A stretch of DNA of 64,000 nt, taken from NCBI GenBank assembly GCA_963707045.1, contig CAVPOV010000017.1, positions 14,871-78,870 of the forward strand. The letters are read 5' to 3'. The stretch comes from an uncultured delta proteobacterium. Lineage in GTDB: Bacteria > Desulfobacterota > Deferrisomatia > Deferrisomatales > JACRMM01. Of the stretch, positions 55,428 to 63,791 are shown piece after piece (positions within the stretch are counted from its first letter, which is position 1; each line of letters opens with the position of its first letter). The notes under the pieces are model-generated. The model was not told the origin of the DNA and did no database searches. It saw only the letters and a list, made by a program, of their open reading frames with translations. Made by a program: the position numbers and the translations under genes.

Positions 55428-55643
55428 TCACCCCGCCGACCCGGCCGCCAGTTCCTCGGCCTTGCGGTAGGCCGTGACGGCCGAGATCACGTGGCACACC
55501 CAGCCGAGCAGCCCCCCGGACCCGATCCACAGCCCCGGCGTCACCACGAACCAGAACACGCCGCGCCAGAAGTGCCCGTTGTAGAACTGCCCCACCCCGG
55601 GGAGCACCAGGCTCAGCACCGCGGCGTTGCCCGCCCTCGTCAT
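55428..55643 (-). CDS. Small TM2-like membrane protein (71 aa)
   Basis: Track ORF 55428..55718. The preferred ATG is at 55643: MTRAGNAAVLSLVLPGVGQFYNGHFWRGVFWFVVTPGLWIGSGGLLGWVCHVISAVTAY, giving two TM helices. Confidence 0.6.
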   Translation of the reverse strand: MTRAGNAAVLSLVLPGVGQFYNGHFWRGVFWFVVTPGLWIGSGGLLGWVCHVISAVTAYRKAEELAAGSAG

Positions 55644-55711
55644 CCGTCCCTCCCTCCTGCGTTTGCTGTCGCTCCGCACATTCGGGTCCCCGTTTCCTGG
55701 AGCCGAGGCAC

Positions 55712-56674
55712 TCACCACGCCAGGTACTCCCCTCCTCCGAAATCGGCCGGGGGGCCTTGTTCGCGCAGGACTTCCATGTGGAGCGCAAACGCCTCCGGGT
55801 GGAGCCTGCGCAGGGTGCGCCGCACCCGTGCGAGATCACCGTCCGGGAGCCGGTCGCCGTGCTCCGAAAGGAAGAGGCCGCTGAAGAACAGAACCGGAGC
55901 GCTCGTCGTTCCTGTTTCCGAAGCGTCCGCGTCCCGGAAGCGGCGCAGGCGCCGTGCCACCAGATCGACGCCGGTGCGCCCGTAGCGGGGCAGCCGCCCG
56001 TCCAGATAGGCTCCCGCGGCCCACCAGTCTCCCGCGAACACTTCGTCCGCCGCGAAATCCTCACGGAGCACGGTGACCCACTCCGGCTCCGGGCCCCAAC
56101 TCCGGCCCGCCGGATCGAGCCCGTACCCCTCCCGCCAAGCCCGCTCGGCTTCCCCGGGCCGTCCGGCGTCCCGGCACGCCTCACCCAGGGCCAGGTACGC
56201 CGCGGCCGTAGGCCCGTGAACCCGCTGGAACTCCTTGAGCGTCCGGCACGCCTGCTCGGGATCTCCCGACAGCAGGAGAAAGACTCCCCAGGGAAGTCCC
56301 CCGCCTGCGGAGGCAGAAAGCGGGGTACCGGCCCCAGAGGCCTTTCGGAGCGCCTCCCGGGCGAGGGAGTCCACGACGGCCTGCGCGAGAGGGCCTCGGG
56401 AGCACAACAGACCCGGGGCCCTTCCGCCCTCTCGCAGGTCGCGACAAAGGGCGAGGCAGGCGCCGGCAAGGGCCCCGAGCCGCGACCCGGGATCCGGGAG
56501 TCGGGCACCGAGCCACCGGGCGGCATCCGACACCGGCGTGGGATCCGGACCAGTCGGCGACTGTCGGCGATGGTGTTCCAGTGCCTGCTCGCACCCCGAA
56601 AGATCGAGACGAGCCAGACGAGCAACCGCGTCGTGGTAATGCCGCGGGGCGTGTGCGAACAGATCGAGCTGCAT
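55712..56674 (-). CDS. Hypothetical protein (320 aa)
   Basis: Track ORF 55712..56674 has moderately natural composition (MQLDLFAHAPRHYHDAV...EFQRVHGPTAAAYLALGEACRDAGRPGEAERAWREGYGLDP, TPR-like). It is co-directional and tightly spaced with its neighbours. Confidence 0.55.
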   Translation of the reverse strand: MQLDLFAHAPRHYHDAVARLARLDLSGCEQALEHHRRQSPTGPDPTPVSDAARWLGARLPDPGSRLGALAGACLALCRDLREGGRAPGLLCSRGPLAQAVVDSLAREALRKASGAGTPLSASAGGGLPWGVFLLLSGDPEQACRTLKEFQRVHGPTAAAYLALGEACRDAGRPGEAERAWREGYGLDPAGRSWGPEPEWVTVLREDFAADEVFAGDWWAAGAYLDGRLPRYGRTGVDLVARRLRRFRDADASETGTTSAPVLFFSGLFLSEHGDRLPDGDLARVRRTLRRLHPEAFALHMEVLREQGPPADFGGGEYLAW

Positions 56675-56680
56675 GCGCGC

Positions 56681-57841
56681 TCACAGCCCCCACAAGTCCC
56701 CGACCTCGGCCCGCAGGGTCTCGACCGCGGCCTCGGCGTAGCGCCGGGCGGCCTCCCGGAGGGACTCGTCGGGCTCGGGCCGGAAGGCGTCGCGGAGGCG
56801 GCCCGCCCCGTACTCCCGGGCGTACGCCGCCGGGAACTCGTCGGGGAACTCCTGGCCGGAGATCACCCCGTAGGCGAGCGTCCAAGCCCGCGGCACGACG
56901 TCCACCGCGTAGCCTCCGCCGCCCAGTGCGAGCCAGGGCCGCCCCTTCGGGGCCAGGGCCCCCAGTTCCCGCACGACCGCCTCGTACCCCTGGGTGGTGA
57001 GGAGCAGTTGGGCCAAGGGGTCGGCGAAGTGGGTGTCGACGCCGAGTTGGGTGACCAGGACGTCCGGAGCGAAGCGGGCGACGGCGGGCGGCACCACCTG
57101 ACGGAAGGCCCACAGGTAGAGATCGTCCCCGGTGTACGGGGCGAGCGGCACGTTGAGGCTGTAGCCCCGCCCGGCCCCCTCTCCGAGTTCCTCGGGGAAC
57201 CCGGTGCCCGGGAAGAGCGTGAGCGGGGTCTGGTGGAGCGAGATCGTCAGCACCCGGTCCGAGTCGTAGAACGCCTCCTGCACCCCGTCGCCGTGGTGTG
57301 CGTCCACGTCCACGTAAGCCACCCGGAGCCCCCGGACCACCAACCAGCGGATGGCGACGGCCGCGTCGTTGAACACGCAGAACCCGTGGGCCCTGGACGG
57401 ACCCGCGTGGTGGAACCCGCCGCCGAAGGCGAAGGCCCTCCGGGCGCCGCCCGCCAGGAGCCGGCGCGCCCCCTCCAGGGTGCCGCCCGTCTTCAACGCC
57501 TCGACCTCGTACATTCCCGGGAATACCGGGTTGTCCCCGGGCCCGAAACCGTAGCGCCAGGGATCCGCCCGCGGATCGCCCCGGCCCAGACGCTCGACGG
57601 CGTCGATGTATTCCGCGGTGTGGAACAGCAGGAGTTCGTCGCGGGACGCCGGAGGCGGCTCCACCAGCCGCGATCCGGGCGCCGCGAACGCGCCGTACGC
57701 CCTCAGGAGCTCGAAGGTCCGCCGCAGGCGCTCGGGCTTGAGCGGGTGATCCGCCCCGTGGCCGAAGCTCCACATGGCCTCGGAGCACAGGAAGACGGCG
57801 GCGTCCGGCGTGGGACGCCACCCTTCCGCCACGCCCTTCAC
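56681..57841 (-). CDS. Histone deacetylase-family protein (AcuC / acetylpolyamine amidohydrolase type)
   Basis: Track ORF 56681..57877: HPLKPERL, FGGGFHHA, GFCVFNDAAVA, YVDVDAHHGDGVQEAF, LGGGGY. The preferred start is the GTG at 57841 (GTGA overlap with the upstream stop). Confidence 0.85.
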   Translation of the reverse strand: MKGVAEGWRPTPDAAVFLCSEAMWSFGHGADHPLKPERLRRTFELLRAYGAFAAPGSRLVEPPPASRDELLLFHTAEYIDAVERLGRGDPRADPWRYGFGPGDNPVFPGMYEVEALKTGGTLEGARRLLAGGARRAFAFGGGFHHAGPSRAHGFCVFNDAAVAIRWLVVRGLRVAYVDVDAHHGDGVQEAFYDSDRVLTISLHQTPLTLFPGTGFPEELGEGAGRGYSLNVPLAPYTGDDLYLWAFRQVVPPAVARFAPDVLVTQLGVDTHFADPLAQLLLTTQGYEAVVRELGALAPKGRPWLALGGGGYAVDVVPRAWTLAYGVISGQEFPDEFPAAYAREYGAGRLRDAFRPEPDESLREAARRYAEAAVETLRAEVGDLWGL

Positions 57842-58371
57842 GTGGATGCGTCCTCCAGGCCGACGAGCCTCCAGCACCCCTGCACGCTTCGGAAGTCGCA
57901 GATGAGCAGGTACCCGGTGTCCGGCTTGCGGAGCCGAACGATCACCCTCGTGGGACTCCGTTCCTCGATTTCCCGAACCAGGCGCATCCTCTTCTGCTCG
58001 GCCGGGGACGGATAGAGCCCCCTGCCCCCGGCCTCCACTTCGAGCCTGGAGAGATCCTTCTCGACGACGTGTGGCCCCGGGCGTGCATCCACGTCGACCG
58101 TCGAGTGCTTCAAGGGATAGGCGGTGTTTTCGACCTGGAAGGACCTGTCGTTTTCGAATTGTTCGAGGAAATCACCAAACGAGGCGGGGCACGCGGGAGC
58201 CCCCGAACCAAGGTTCGGCACGACGCACAGGACGAAGGCGACCCATCCCGCTCCCACCCCCGACACACCCCGCCGCACCCTGCGAAGCGCCCGCGTGACG
58301 ACCGGGGTCCTCGGTCCTCCAGGCCTCCCGACGCAGCAGGGCACTGCCTCGGCGACCGTGCCTCCCCTCAC
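57838..58371 (-). CDS. Hypothetical exported protein (177 aa)
   Basis: Track ORF 57838..58371. The GTG start overlaps the yhbY stop (GTGA). There is a hydrophobic segment GWVAFVLCVVPNLGSGAPA, and the C-terminal 110 aa have natural composition. Confidence 0.5.
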   Translation of the reverse strand: MRGGTVAEAVPCCVGRPGGPRTPVVTRALRRVRRGVSGVGAGWVAFVLCVVPNLGSGAPACPASFGDFLEQFENDRSFQVENTAYPLKHSTVDVDARPGPHVVEKDLSRLEVEAGGRGLYPSPAEQKRMRLVREIEERSPTRVIVRLRKPDTGYLLICDFRSVQGCWRLVGLEDAST

Positions 58372-58703
58372 GGCAGGACGATCTTGCGCTCTTCGCCCGG
58401 CCGGTAGAGGAGCACGGTCCTCCCGAGGACCTGGGCGACGCGCGAACGGGTTCCCGCGGCCAACTGCTCGGCCACCTCGTGACGGTCCTCGCCGCAGCCC
58501 TGGCCGATGCGGACCTTGACGAGCTCGTGGGCCACCAGGTTCACCTCGAGGGCGGCCGCGACCGCCTCGGTGACCCCCTCCTTTCCCACGAGGACCAGCG
58601 GCTCCAGGCCGTGGCCGAGGCCCCGGAGGAACCGCGCCTGCTTGCCGGTGAGGGGTCTTGGATCTCTCTTCTTCTCCGCCTGTTCCGCCATGGCCGTCCT
58701 CAC
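58368..58703 (-). CDS. yhbY: CRM-domain RNA-binding protein YhbY
   Basis: Track ORF 58368..58703: LTGKQARFLRGLGHGLEPLVLVGKEGVTEAVAAALEVNLVAHELVKVRI...VLGRTVLLYRP, colinear with E. coli YhbY as I recall it. An alternative ATG is at 58691. Confidence 0.85.
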   Translation of the reverse strand: MRTAMAEQAEKKRDPRPLTGKQARFLRGLGHGLEPLVLVGKEGVTEAVAAALEVNLVAHELVKVRIGQGCGEDRHEVAEQLAAGTRSRVAQVLGRTVLLYRPGEERKIVLP

Positions 58704-59353
58704 CCCTGTCTCGGCTGGATGCGGATCTCCACCCGCCGGTTCATCTGCCGCCCCTCGGGGGTGCCGTTGTCGGCGATCGGCATGGACTCTCCCTGGCCCA
58801 CGATCGTGATCCGGTCGGGGGCCACCCCCCGGCCGACGAGCGCGTTCTTCACGGCCTCGGCCCGGCGCTCCGAGAGCTTCTGGTTGTAGTCCTCGGCCCC
58901 GGTGCTGTCGGTGTGGCCGGCCACGAGGATGGTCGTCTCGGGGTACTGGTTGAGCACCTGCGCCACCCGGGCGATCTCCTGCTGGGCGCCCGGCTTGAGC
59001 ACGGCCGAGTCCACGTCGAAGCTCACGTCGCCCTTGAAGGTCACGGAGAGCACGTCCATCTCGCGCCGCACGCTCGCCGCCTCGGACTGGGCCAGCGCCT
59101 CCCGCATCGCCTGCTCCTGCTTGTCCATGTAGTTCCCCACCGCCGCGCCGGTCAGCCCTCCGGCCGCCGCGCCGATGGCCGCCCCGATGAGGGCACCCTT
59201 GGCGTCCTTGCCGACGGCGTACCCCACGCCGGCCCCGGCCGCCGCTCCCACACCGGCGCCCACGGCGGCCCCCTGGCCGGTCTTGGTCTCCATCCCCGCG
59301 CAGCCCGACAGGGCCGTCACCGCCGCCACGAACACTGCCGCCACCGCACGCAT
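58700..59353 (-). CDS. OmpA-family lipoprotein with a glycine-zipper segment
   Basis: Track ORF 58700..59428. The preferred ATG is at 59353 (GAGGAGG upstream), with a lipobox VTALSGCAG. A Gly-zipper follows (GAAVGAGVGAAAGAGVGYAVG). The OmpA_C motifs are FDVDSAVLKP, ILVAGHTDSTG, YNQKLSERRA and NRRVEI. Confidence 0.85.
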   Translation of the reverse strand: MRAVAAVFVAAVTALSGCAGMETKTGQGAAVGAGVGAAAGAGVGYAVGKDAKGALIGAAIGAAAGGLTGAAVGNYMDKQEQAMREALAQSEAASVRREMDVLSVTFKGDVSFDVDSAVLKPGAQQEIARVAQVLNQYPETTILVAGHTDSTGAEDYNQKLSERRAEAVKNALVGRGVAPDRITIVGQGESMPIADNGTPEGRQMNRRVEIRIQPRQG

Positions 59354-59441
59354 GTCGAACCTCCTCGGCTCCAAGCCGTCTAGAACCCTGCTTGTCCTCT
59401 GCGTTCTCGCATTCCGAAAGGCCCGCACCCCGGATGGGCCG

Positions 59442-62400
59442 TCAGCGGGTCACGATGCGGGCGCTGGCCGAGCGCTCCTCGCCGTCGCGCAGAAAGCGCA
59501 CGCTGACCTCCCGGCCAGGCTCGAGCCCCTTGAGCGCGCGGGAGAGGTCCCCGAGGGCGCCGACGGCCTCGCCACCGAGCCCCACGATCACGTCCCCCTC
59601 CCTGAGCCCGCTCGCCTCGGCCGGCGACCCCGGCACCACGCCGGACAGGCGCACCCCGGGGCCCGGGAAGGAGAAGTCCGGCACCGTGCCCAGGCTCACC
59701 TTCCGGCTGCCCGGCTCCCGGGTCGCGGGGGTCTCCCCCGCGGGGCGGGTCAGGGCCTCCGCGCGGCCCGACAGGTACTCCACCGCCTCCTTCGCCACGG
59801 CCGCGACCTTCACCAGTCCCTCGGCGTCGACCTTCTCCGGCACGTCGCTGGAGCGGTGGTAGTCCAGGTGGGGCCCGGTGAAGAGTTGGACGGCGGGGAC
59901 CCCCGCCTCGTGGAAGCTCACCTGGTCGCTCCCCCCGGGGTCGCGCGCCACGACCTCCACGGGCACACCGGTCACGTAGCTCGCGCCGTTGAAGATGTGG
60001 ACCCACTCCCTCGCGGTGTCCGCACCCAGGACCAGGAGCTTGCCCGACCCCAGGCGCCCGACGGTGTCGAGGTTCACCATGCCGATGGCCTGCCCGGCGG
60101 GGTGGTCCGCCTCGCCCTCCACGTAGCGCCGCGACCCGAGCCGGTCGGCCTCCTCCCCCGCGAAGGCGGCGAGGATCACGGTGCGCTCGGGCCGGAAGTC
60201 CCGGCCCAGAACCCGGGCGAGTTCCAGCAGCACCGCCACCCCGCTCGCGTTGTCGTCGGCCCCGGGGTGGAGCCGGCCGCGCTCCTCGGCACGCGCCGCC
60301 GGCCAGCCGGCGCCCAGGTGGTCGTAGTGCGCCCCGACGACCACGCTCTGACCGTCCCACTCCCGCCGGCTGCCCGGGATCCTCCCGACGACGTTTCTCT
60401 GCTCCGTGTCCCGGGGCGGGTCCCCGCCCTCGGCCCGCCACGGCTGGAAGTAGCTCCCGCCCTCTCCCCCGGGGACAAGACCCGCCTCCCGGAAGGCGGC
60501 GGCGATGAACTCGGCCGCCTGCTCCAGGCCTTCGGTCCCGAACCCCCTCCCCTGCCGCTCCGGCGCGGCGAGGAACCTCACGGTCTCCCGCATCCGCTCC
60601 GAGGAGAAGGCCGGCGGGAGCTTGGCCAGGGGCTCCCGGGGCGGGAGCCCGGCCCGGGCCGCGGGCGGACCGTCGCCCAGTTGGGCCGTGAGGGGGGAGC
60701 CGACCACGGGCCAGCGGGTCTTTGCCACGTTCGCGGGCTCGTCCCCTTCGAACAGCAGGGCGCTGTACTTGTGGTAGTGGGGGAGCTTCCGCCCCAACCC
60801 GGGCAGCGCCGCCGGGTTCCCGGACGCCACCCAGGAGACCGTGAGGTCGGCCCGGGCCGGGTGGCGGCCCACGAGCACCACCGAGTGCCGCGAGCCCTCC
60901 GCCTCGGCTTCCGGCCAGGAGGCGCCGTCGGGCGCGGCCCGGGCGCCGTAGGACTCCAACTGCCGGTCGAGCACCGGCAAGAACCGGTTGCCCCATCCGA
61001 AGAGCCACACGGCGCGGTCCGACGGGATCTCCGCCACCGCCGAGTCCTCCACGAGTTCCCACTCCCCCGCCTGCGACCGGGCCCAGGACTCGGCCAACTC
61101 CCGGTAGGCCGAGCGGAGCTCCCCGGGCGCGTCGGCCGGCAGGACCGCGAGCACTCGCTCGGCGCCGAACCCCCCGCTCAGGGCCGGCGGGATCTCCGCG
61201 GGGTCGAGGCGGCGGAACAGGTCGAACTCGGCGTCCACGTCGACCCGGAGGGGACGCGCGGGCACTTGGAAGCGGAACTCCTGCTCCCTGCCGGAGAGTT
61301 CCAGGAACTCGACGACGGCGTCCGGCCGCCCCTCGACGGTCACGGCCGCCGGCACGCGCAGGCGGTACGCCGGGCCTTCCTGCGCCTGCGCCACGCGGAC
61401 ACGGACCGCCCACCCTTCTGCCGCGGACTCGGCCGCCGCCTGCCGCAGTTCCAGCCTCGGAGCCCCGGCGCGCTCCACCCACTGGTCGAACTCCCCGCCG
61501 AGATCCCTCCCCGCCGCCTCCTCCAGGGAGCGCCGCAGATCGGAGAAGGACGCCGTCCGGAACTTCCGGTCGGCGTAGAACCGGCGCAGCCCCTCCACGA
61601 AGGTCGGATCCCCGAGGCCGCGGCGCAGCATGTGGTAGAGCATGAGGCTCTTCCCGTACCCCACCGCCTCCGTCGCGGAACTGTGCCGGCTTCGGAATTC
61701 GGCGAGGGGGAAGTCGAGCCCGCGGGACACGTAGTCTGCGTACTTCTGGAGGGTCGCCTGGCGGTACTCGGCGCCGGCGCCCCGCCCCTCCTGGATCAGG
61801 TGGTCGGCGAGATAGGCGGTCAGGCCCTCGCACCAGTTCCCCGAGGCGTAGTCGACGTACACGCCGTTGCCCCACCAGTTGTGGAGGATCTCGTGGGGAT
61901 AGGAGGAGTGGAGGATGAAGGGGAAGCGGATGATCCGGGAGCCCAGGAGCGTGAAGGAGGGCATGCCCCAGCCGGTGTCCCAGAAGTTCTCCACGAGCGC
62001 GAACTTCGGGTAGGCGTACGCGCCCAGGAGGCGGGAGTACATGTGCAGGTACTGGGCGCCCGCCTCCAGGTAGCGCCCCGCGAGCGCGGGGTCCGCCTGC
62101 CGGAGGAACACCTGGACCTCCGCGGGTCCGGCCGGACGACGGTACTCCGTGAAAGGACCGGCGATCAGGTAGATCTCGTCCTGGGGCTCGGGCGACTCCC
62201 ATCGGACGCGGGTGCCTTCCTCCCCCCGCTCGTGGAGGGTGCGCCGCCCCTGGCTCACCGCATCCCAGCCGGGGGGAAGGACGACCTCCAGGGAGAAGGA
62301 GAGCGGGTCGTCGCCGAGCCACGGGTACCACAGGGTGGCGCCGGAGAGGAACGCCCCCTCCTCGGAGACCAGACCCGAGGTCTGGCGGAATCCCCGGGCG

Positions 62401-62819
62401 TAGTCCTGCTCCGCCGAGAGGGGGTCGTGCACCACGCCCCCGTAGTGCAGGGTGAAGCCGTCGGCGCCGGGGGGAAGGTCCACGCGGAGATGGTCGAGGC
62501 CGGCGGCCCCGGGGAGCGCTTCGGCCCCCACGCCCGGCCCGAAGCTCTCCGCCGCGACGGCGCCCTCCGCGCTCCGCAGGGTCGCCCCCTCGGTCTCCAC
62601 CCGCGGCGCCAGCCCCGAGCGCAGGAGCAGGTGCACCGTCCTCCCACCCTCGCCGCGGAGCCGCTCCGGGAGGCGGACCCGGTCCCTCACCCGCAGCGCC
62701 CGCGCGCCGGGCTCCACGGTGGCCTCGATCTCGTGGTGTACCGCCGAGACGTCCGCCGCTTCGGCCGGAACGGCCGAAGCGGCAAGGAGCGAAAACAGCA
62801 GGGCGACGGCCCGGATCAT
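59442..62819 (-). CDS. Secreted multidomain metalloprotease: M1 (gluzincin) + M28 peptidase + C-terminal PDZ
   Basis: Track ORF 59442..62867, intact. The preferred ATG is at 62819 (signal peptide MIRAVALLFSLLAASAVPAEA). The M1 signature is HEILH-x18-E (HEILHNWWGNGVYVDYASGNWCE). The M28 block is VVVGAHYDHLG...GADDNASGVAVLLELAR...AAFAGEE. The PDZ is LSGVVPGSPAEASGLREGDVIVGLGGE. Confidence 0.85.
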   Translation of the reverse strand: MIRAVALLFSLLAASAVPAEAADVSAVHHEIEATVEPGARALRVRDRVRLPERLRGEGGRTVHLLLRSGLAPRVETEGATLRSAEGAVAAESFGPGVGAEALPGAAGLDHLRVDLPPGADGFTLHYGGVVHDPLSAEQDYARGFRQTSGLVSEEGAFLSGATLWYPWLGDDPLSFSLEVVLPPGWDAVSQGRRTLHERGEEGTRVRWESPEPQDEIYLIAGPFTEYRRPAGPAEVQVFLRQADPALAGRYLEAGAQYLHMYSRLLGAYAYPKFALVENFWDTGWGMPSFTLLGSRIIRFPFILHSSYPHEILHNWWGNGVYVDYASGNWCEGLTAYLADHLIQEGRGAGAEYRQATLQKYADYVSRGLDFPLAEFRSRHSSATEAVGYGKSLMLYHMLRRGLGDPTFVEGLRRFYADRKFRTASFSDLRRSLEEAAGRDLGGEFDQWVERAGAPRLELRQAAAESAAEGWAVRVRVAQAQEGPAYRLRVPAAVTVEGRPDAVVEFLELSGREQEFRFQVPARPLRVDVDAEFDLFRRLDPAEIPPALSGGFGAERVLAVLPADAPGELRSAYRELAESWARSQAGEWELVEDSAVAEIPSDRAVWLFGWGNRFLPVLDRQLESYGARAAPDGASWPEAEAEGSRHSVVLVGRHPARADLTVSWVASGNPAALPGLGRKLPHYHKYSALLFEGDEPANVAKTRWPVVGSPLTAQLGDGPPAARAGLPPREPLAKLPPAFSSERMRETVRFLAAPERQGRGFGTEGLEQAAEFIAAAFREAGLVPGGEGGSYFQPWRAEGGDPPRDTEQRNVVGRIPGSRREWDGQSVVVGAHYDHLGAGWPAARAEERGRLHPGADDNASGVAVLLELARVLGRDFRPERTVILAAFAGEEADRLGSRRYVEGEADHPAGQAIGMVNLDTVGRLGSGKLLVLGADTAREWVHIFNGASYVTGVPVEVVARDPGGSDQVSFHEAGVPAVQLFTGPHLDYHRSSDVPEKVDAEGLVKVAAVAKEAVEYLSGRAEALTRPAGETPATREPGSRKVSLGTVPDFSFPGPGVRLSGVVPGSPAEASGLREGDVIVGLGGEAVGALGDLSRALKGLEPGREVSVRFLRDGEERSASARIVTR

Positions 62820-62867
62820 CGGCAGCCCACCTCCTTCCCGGTGCGGCGCATGGTACCAGAAGGGCAC

Positions 62868-62892
62868 GAAAAAGGCCCGGCGGTGCCGGGCC
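62868..62892 (-). terminator. Rho-independent terminator after the ferritin gene
   Basis: The minus strand reads GGCCCGGC-acc-GCCGGGCC followed by TTTTTC, about 30 nt after the ferritin stop. Confidence 0.7.
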
Positions 62893-62919
62893 TCCCTCGC
62901 GTTCCGTACGGCCTGCGAA

Positions 62920-63426
62920 TCAGGGAGCCGGCGGCGTGAACACCCGCTGCCCCGCCTCCTGGTCGAGCAGCAGGACGCCCCGGCCGTCGCCCTTCACCAG
63001 CTTGAGCTTCCTCACGTAGGAGGTGGCGTTGGCCTCCTCCTCCACCTGCTCCGTCACGAACCACTGGAGGAAGATCTGGGCCGCGTGGTTGCTCTCCTTG
63101 CGGGCCAGGTCGGTCAGTTGGTTGATCTGCGCCGTCACGAACTGCTCGTGCTTCAGGGCGGCCTCGTACGCCTGGAGGGGCGACTTGTACGACACCGGCA
63201 CCGCGTCGATGGCGCGCAACTCCGCCTTGCCGCCGGCCTCGTTGATGAAGGCGAAGAACTTGTCCCCGTGGGTCAACTCCTCCAGGGCCTGCACCCGGAA
63301 CCAGTTGCCGAAGCCCTTGAGTTCCTCCCCCTCGAAGTAGGCCTGCATGCCCTTGTACAGGTAGGCTGAGTAGAACTCGTTCTTCATCTGCTCGTTCATC
63401 GCGTCCTGCAGCTTCTTGCTCAGCAT
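62920..63426 (-). CDS. ftnA: Ferritin (non-haem, FtnA type)
   Basis: Track ORF 62920..63450. The preferred ATG is at 63426 (GAGGAGG upstream): MLSKKLQDAMNEQMKNEFYSAYLYKGMQAYFE...ALEELTHGDKFFAFI...ALKHEQFVT..I..L...A......FLQWFVTEQVEEE. Confidence 0.9.
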   Translation of the reverse strand: MLSKKLQDAMNEQMKNEFYSAYLYKGMQAYFEGEELKGFGNWFRVQALEELTHGDKFFAFINEAGGKAELRAIDAVPVSYKSPLQAYEAALKHEQFVTAQINQLTDLARKESNHAAQIFLQWFVTEQVEEEANATSYVRKLKLVKGDGRGVLLLDQEAGQRVFTPPAP

Positions 63427-63523
63427 CGAATCCCTCCTCACGTTTCTCACGCGGGCACGGGTCGGCCCGCCACGACCAGCAGGGTAACCACGGCGGGCCG
63501 CCCCGTCCAGGAAGCGCCGGGCT

Positions 63524-63715
63524 TCAACGGAACTGGGCCAGGAACGCCTTCATCGACCGATCGTAGGTCCGCTCCACCTCGGGCTCGAAGTAGCACGCCA
63601 CCATCTGGTTCATGGACCGGTGGTAGGCGACGCACTGGCAGCACGCCCCCCGCTTGTCGCAGGAGGTGTAGGTGCAGGGGCACTTCGCCGCGTTCGCACT
63701 CTGGGTGCAGTCCAT
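63524..63715 (-). CDS. Small Cys-rich cytoplasmic protein, DUF6485-like (63 aa)
   Basis: Track ORF 63524..63778. The preferred ATG is at 63715: MDCTQSANAAKCPCTYTSCDKRGACCQCVAYHRSMNQMVACYFEPEVERTYDRSMKAFLAQF. The family name is from memory of similar CxC...CCxC proteins. Confidence 0.65.
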   Translation of the reverse strand: MDCTQSANAAKCPCTYTSCDKRGACCQCVAYHRSMNQMVACYFEPEVERTYDRSMKAFLAQFR

Positions 63716-63749
63716 GGGTCCTCTCCCGGGTTCGGCTGGAATGGTCGGC

Positions 63750-63778
63750 AGGATACGGAACGAGGCCGGGGCGTGCAA
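63750..63778 (-). promoter_or_regulatory. Candidate sigma-70 promoter for the DUF6485-like / ferritin genes
   Basis: The minus strand reads TTGCAC-N17-TATCCT, about 35 nt upstream of the ATG at 63715. Confidence 0.3.
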
Positions 63779-63791
63779 GTCGCGCCCCCGC

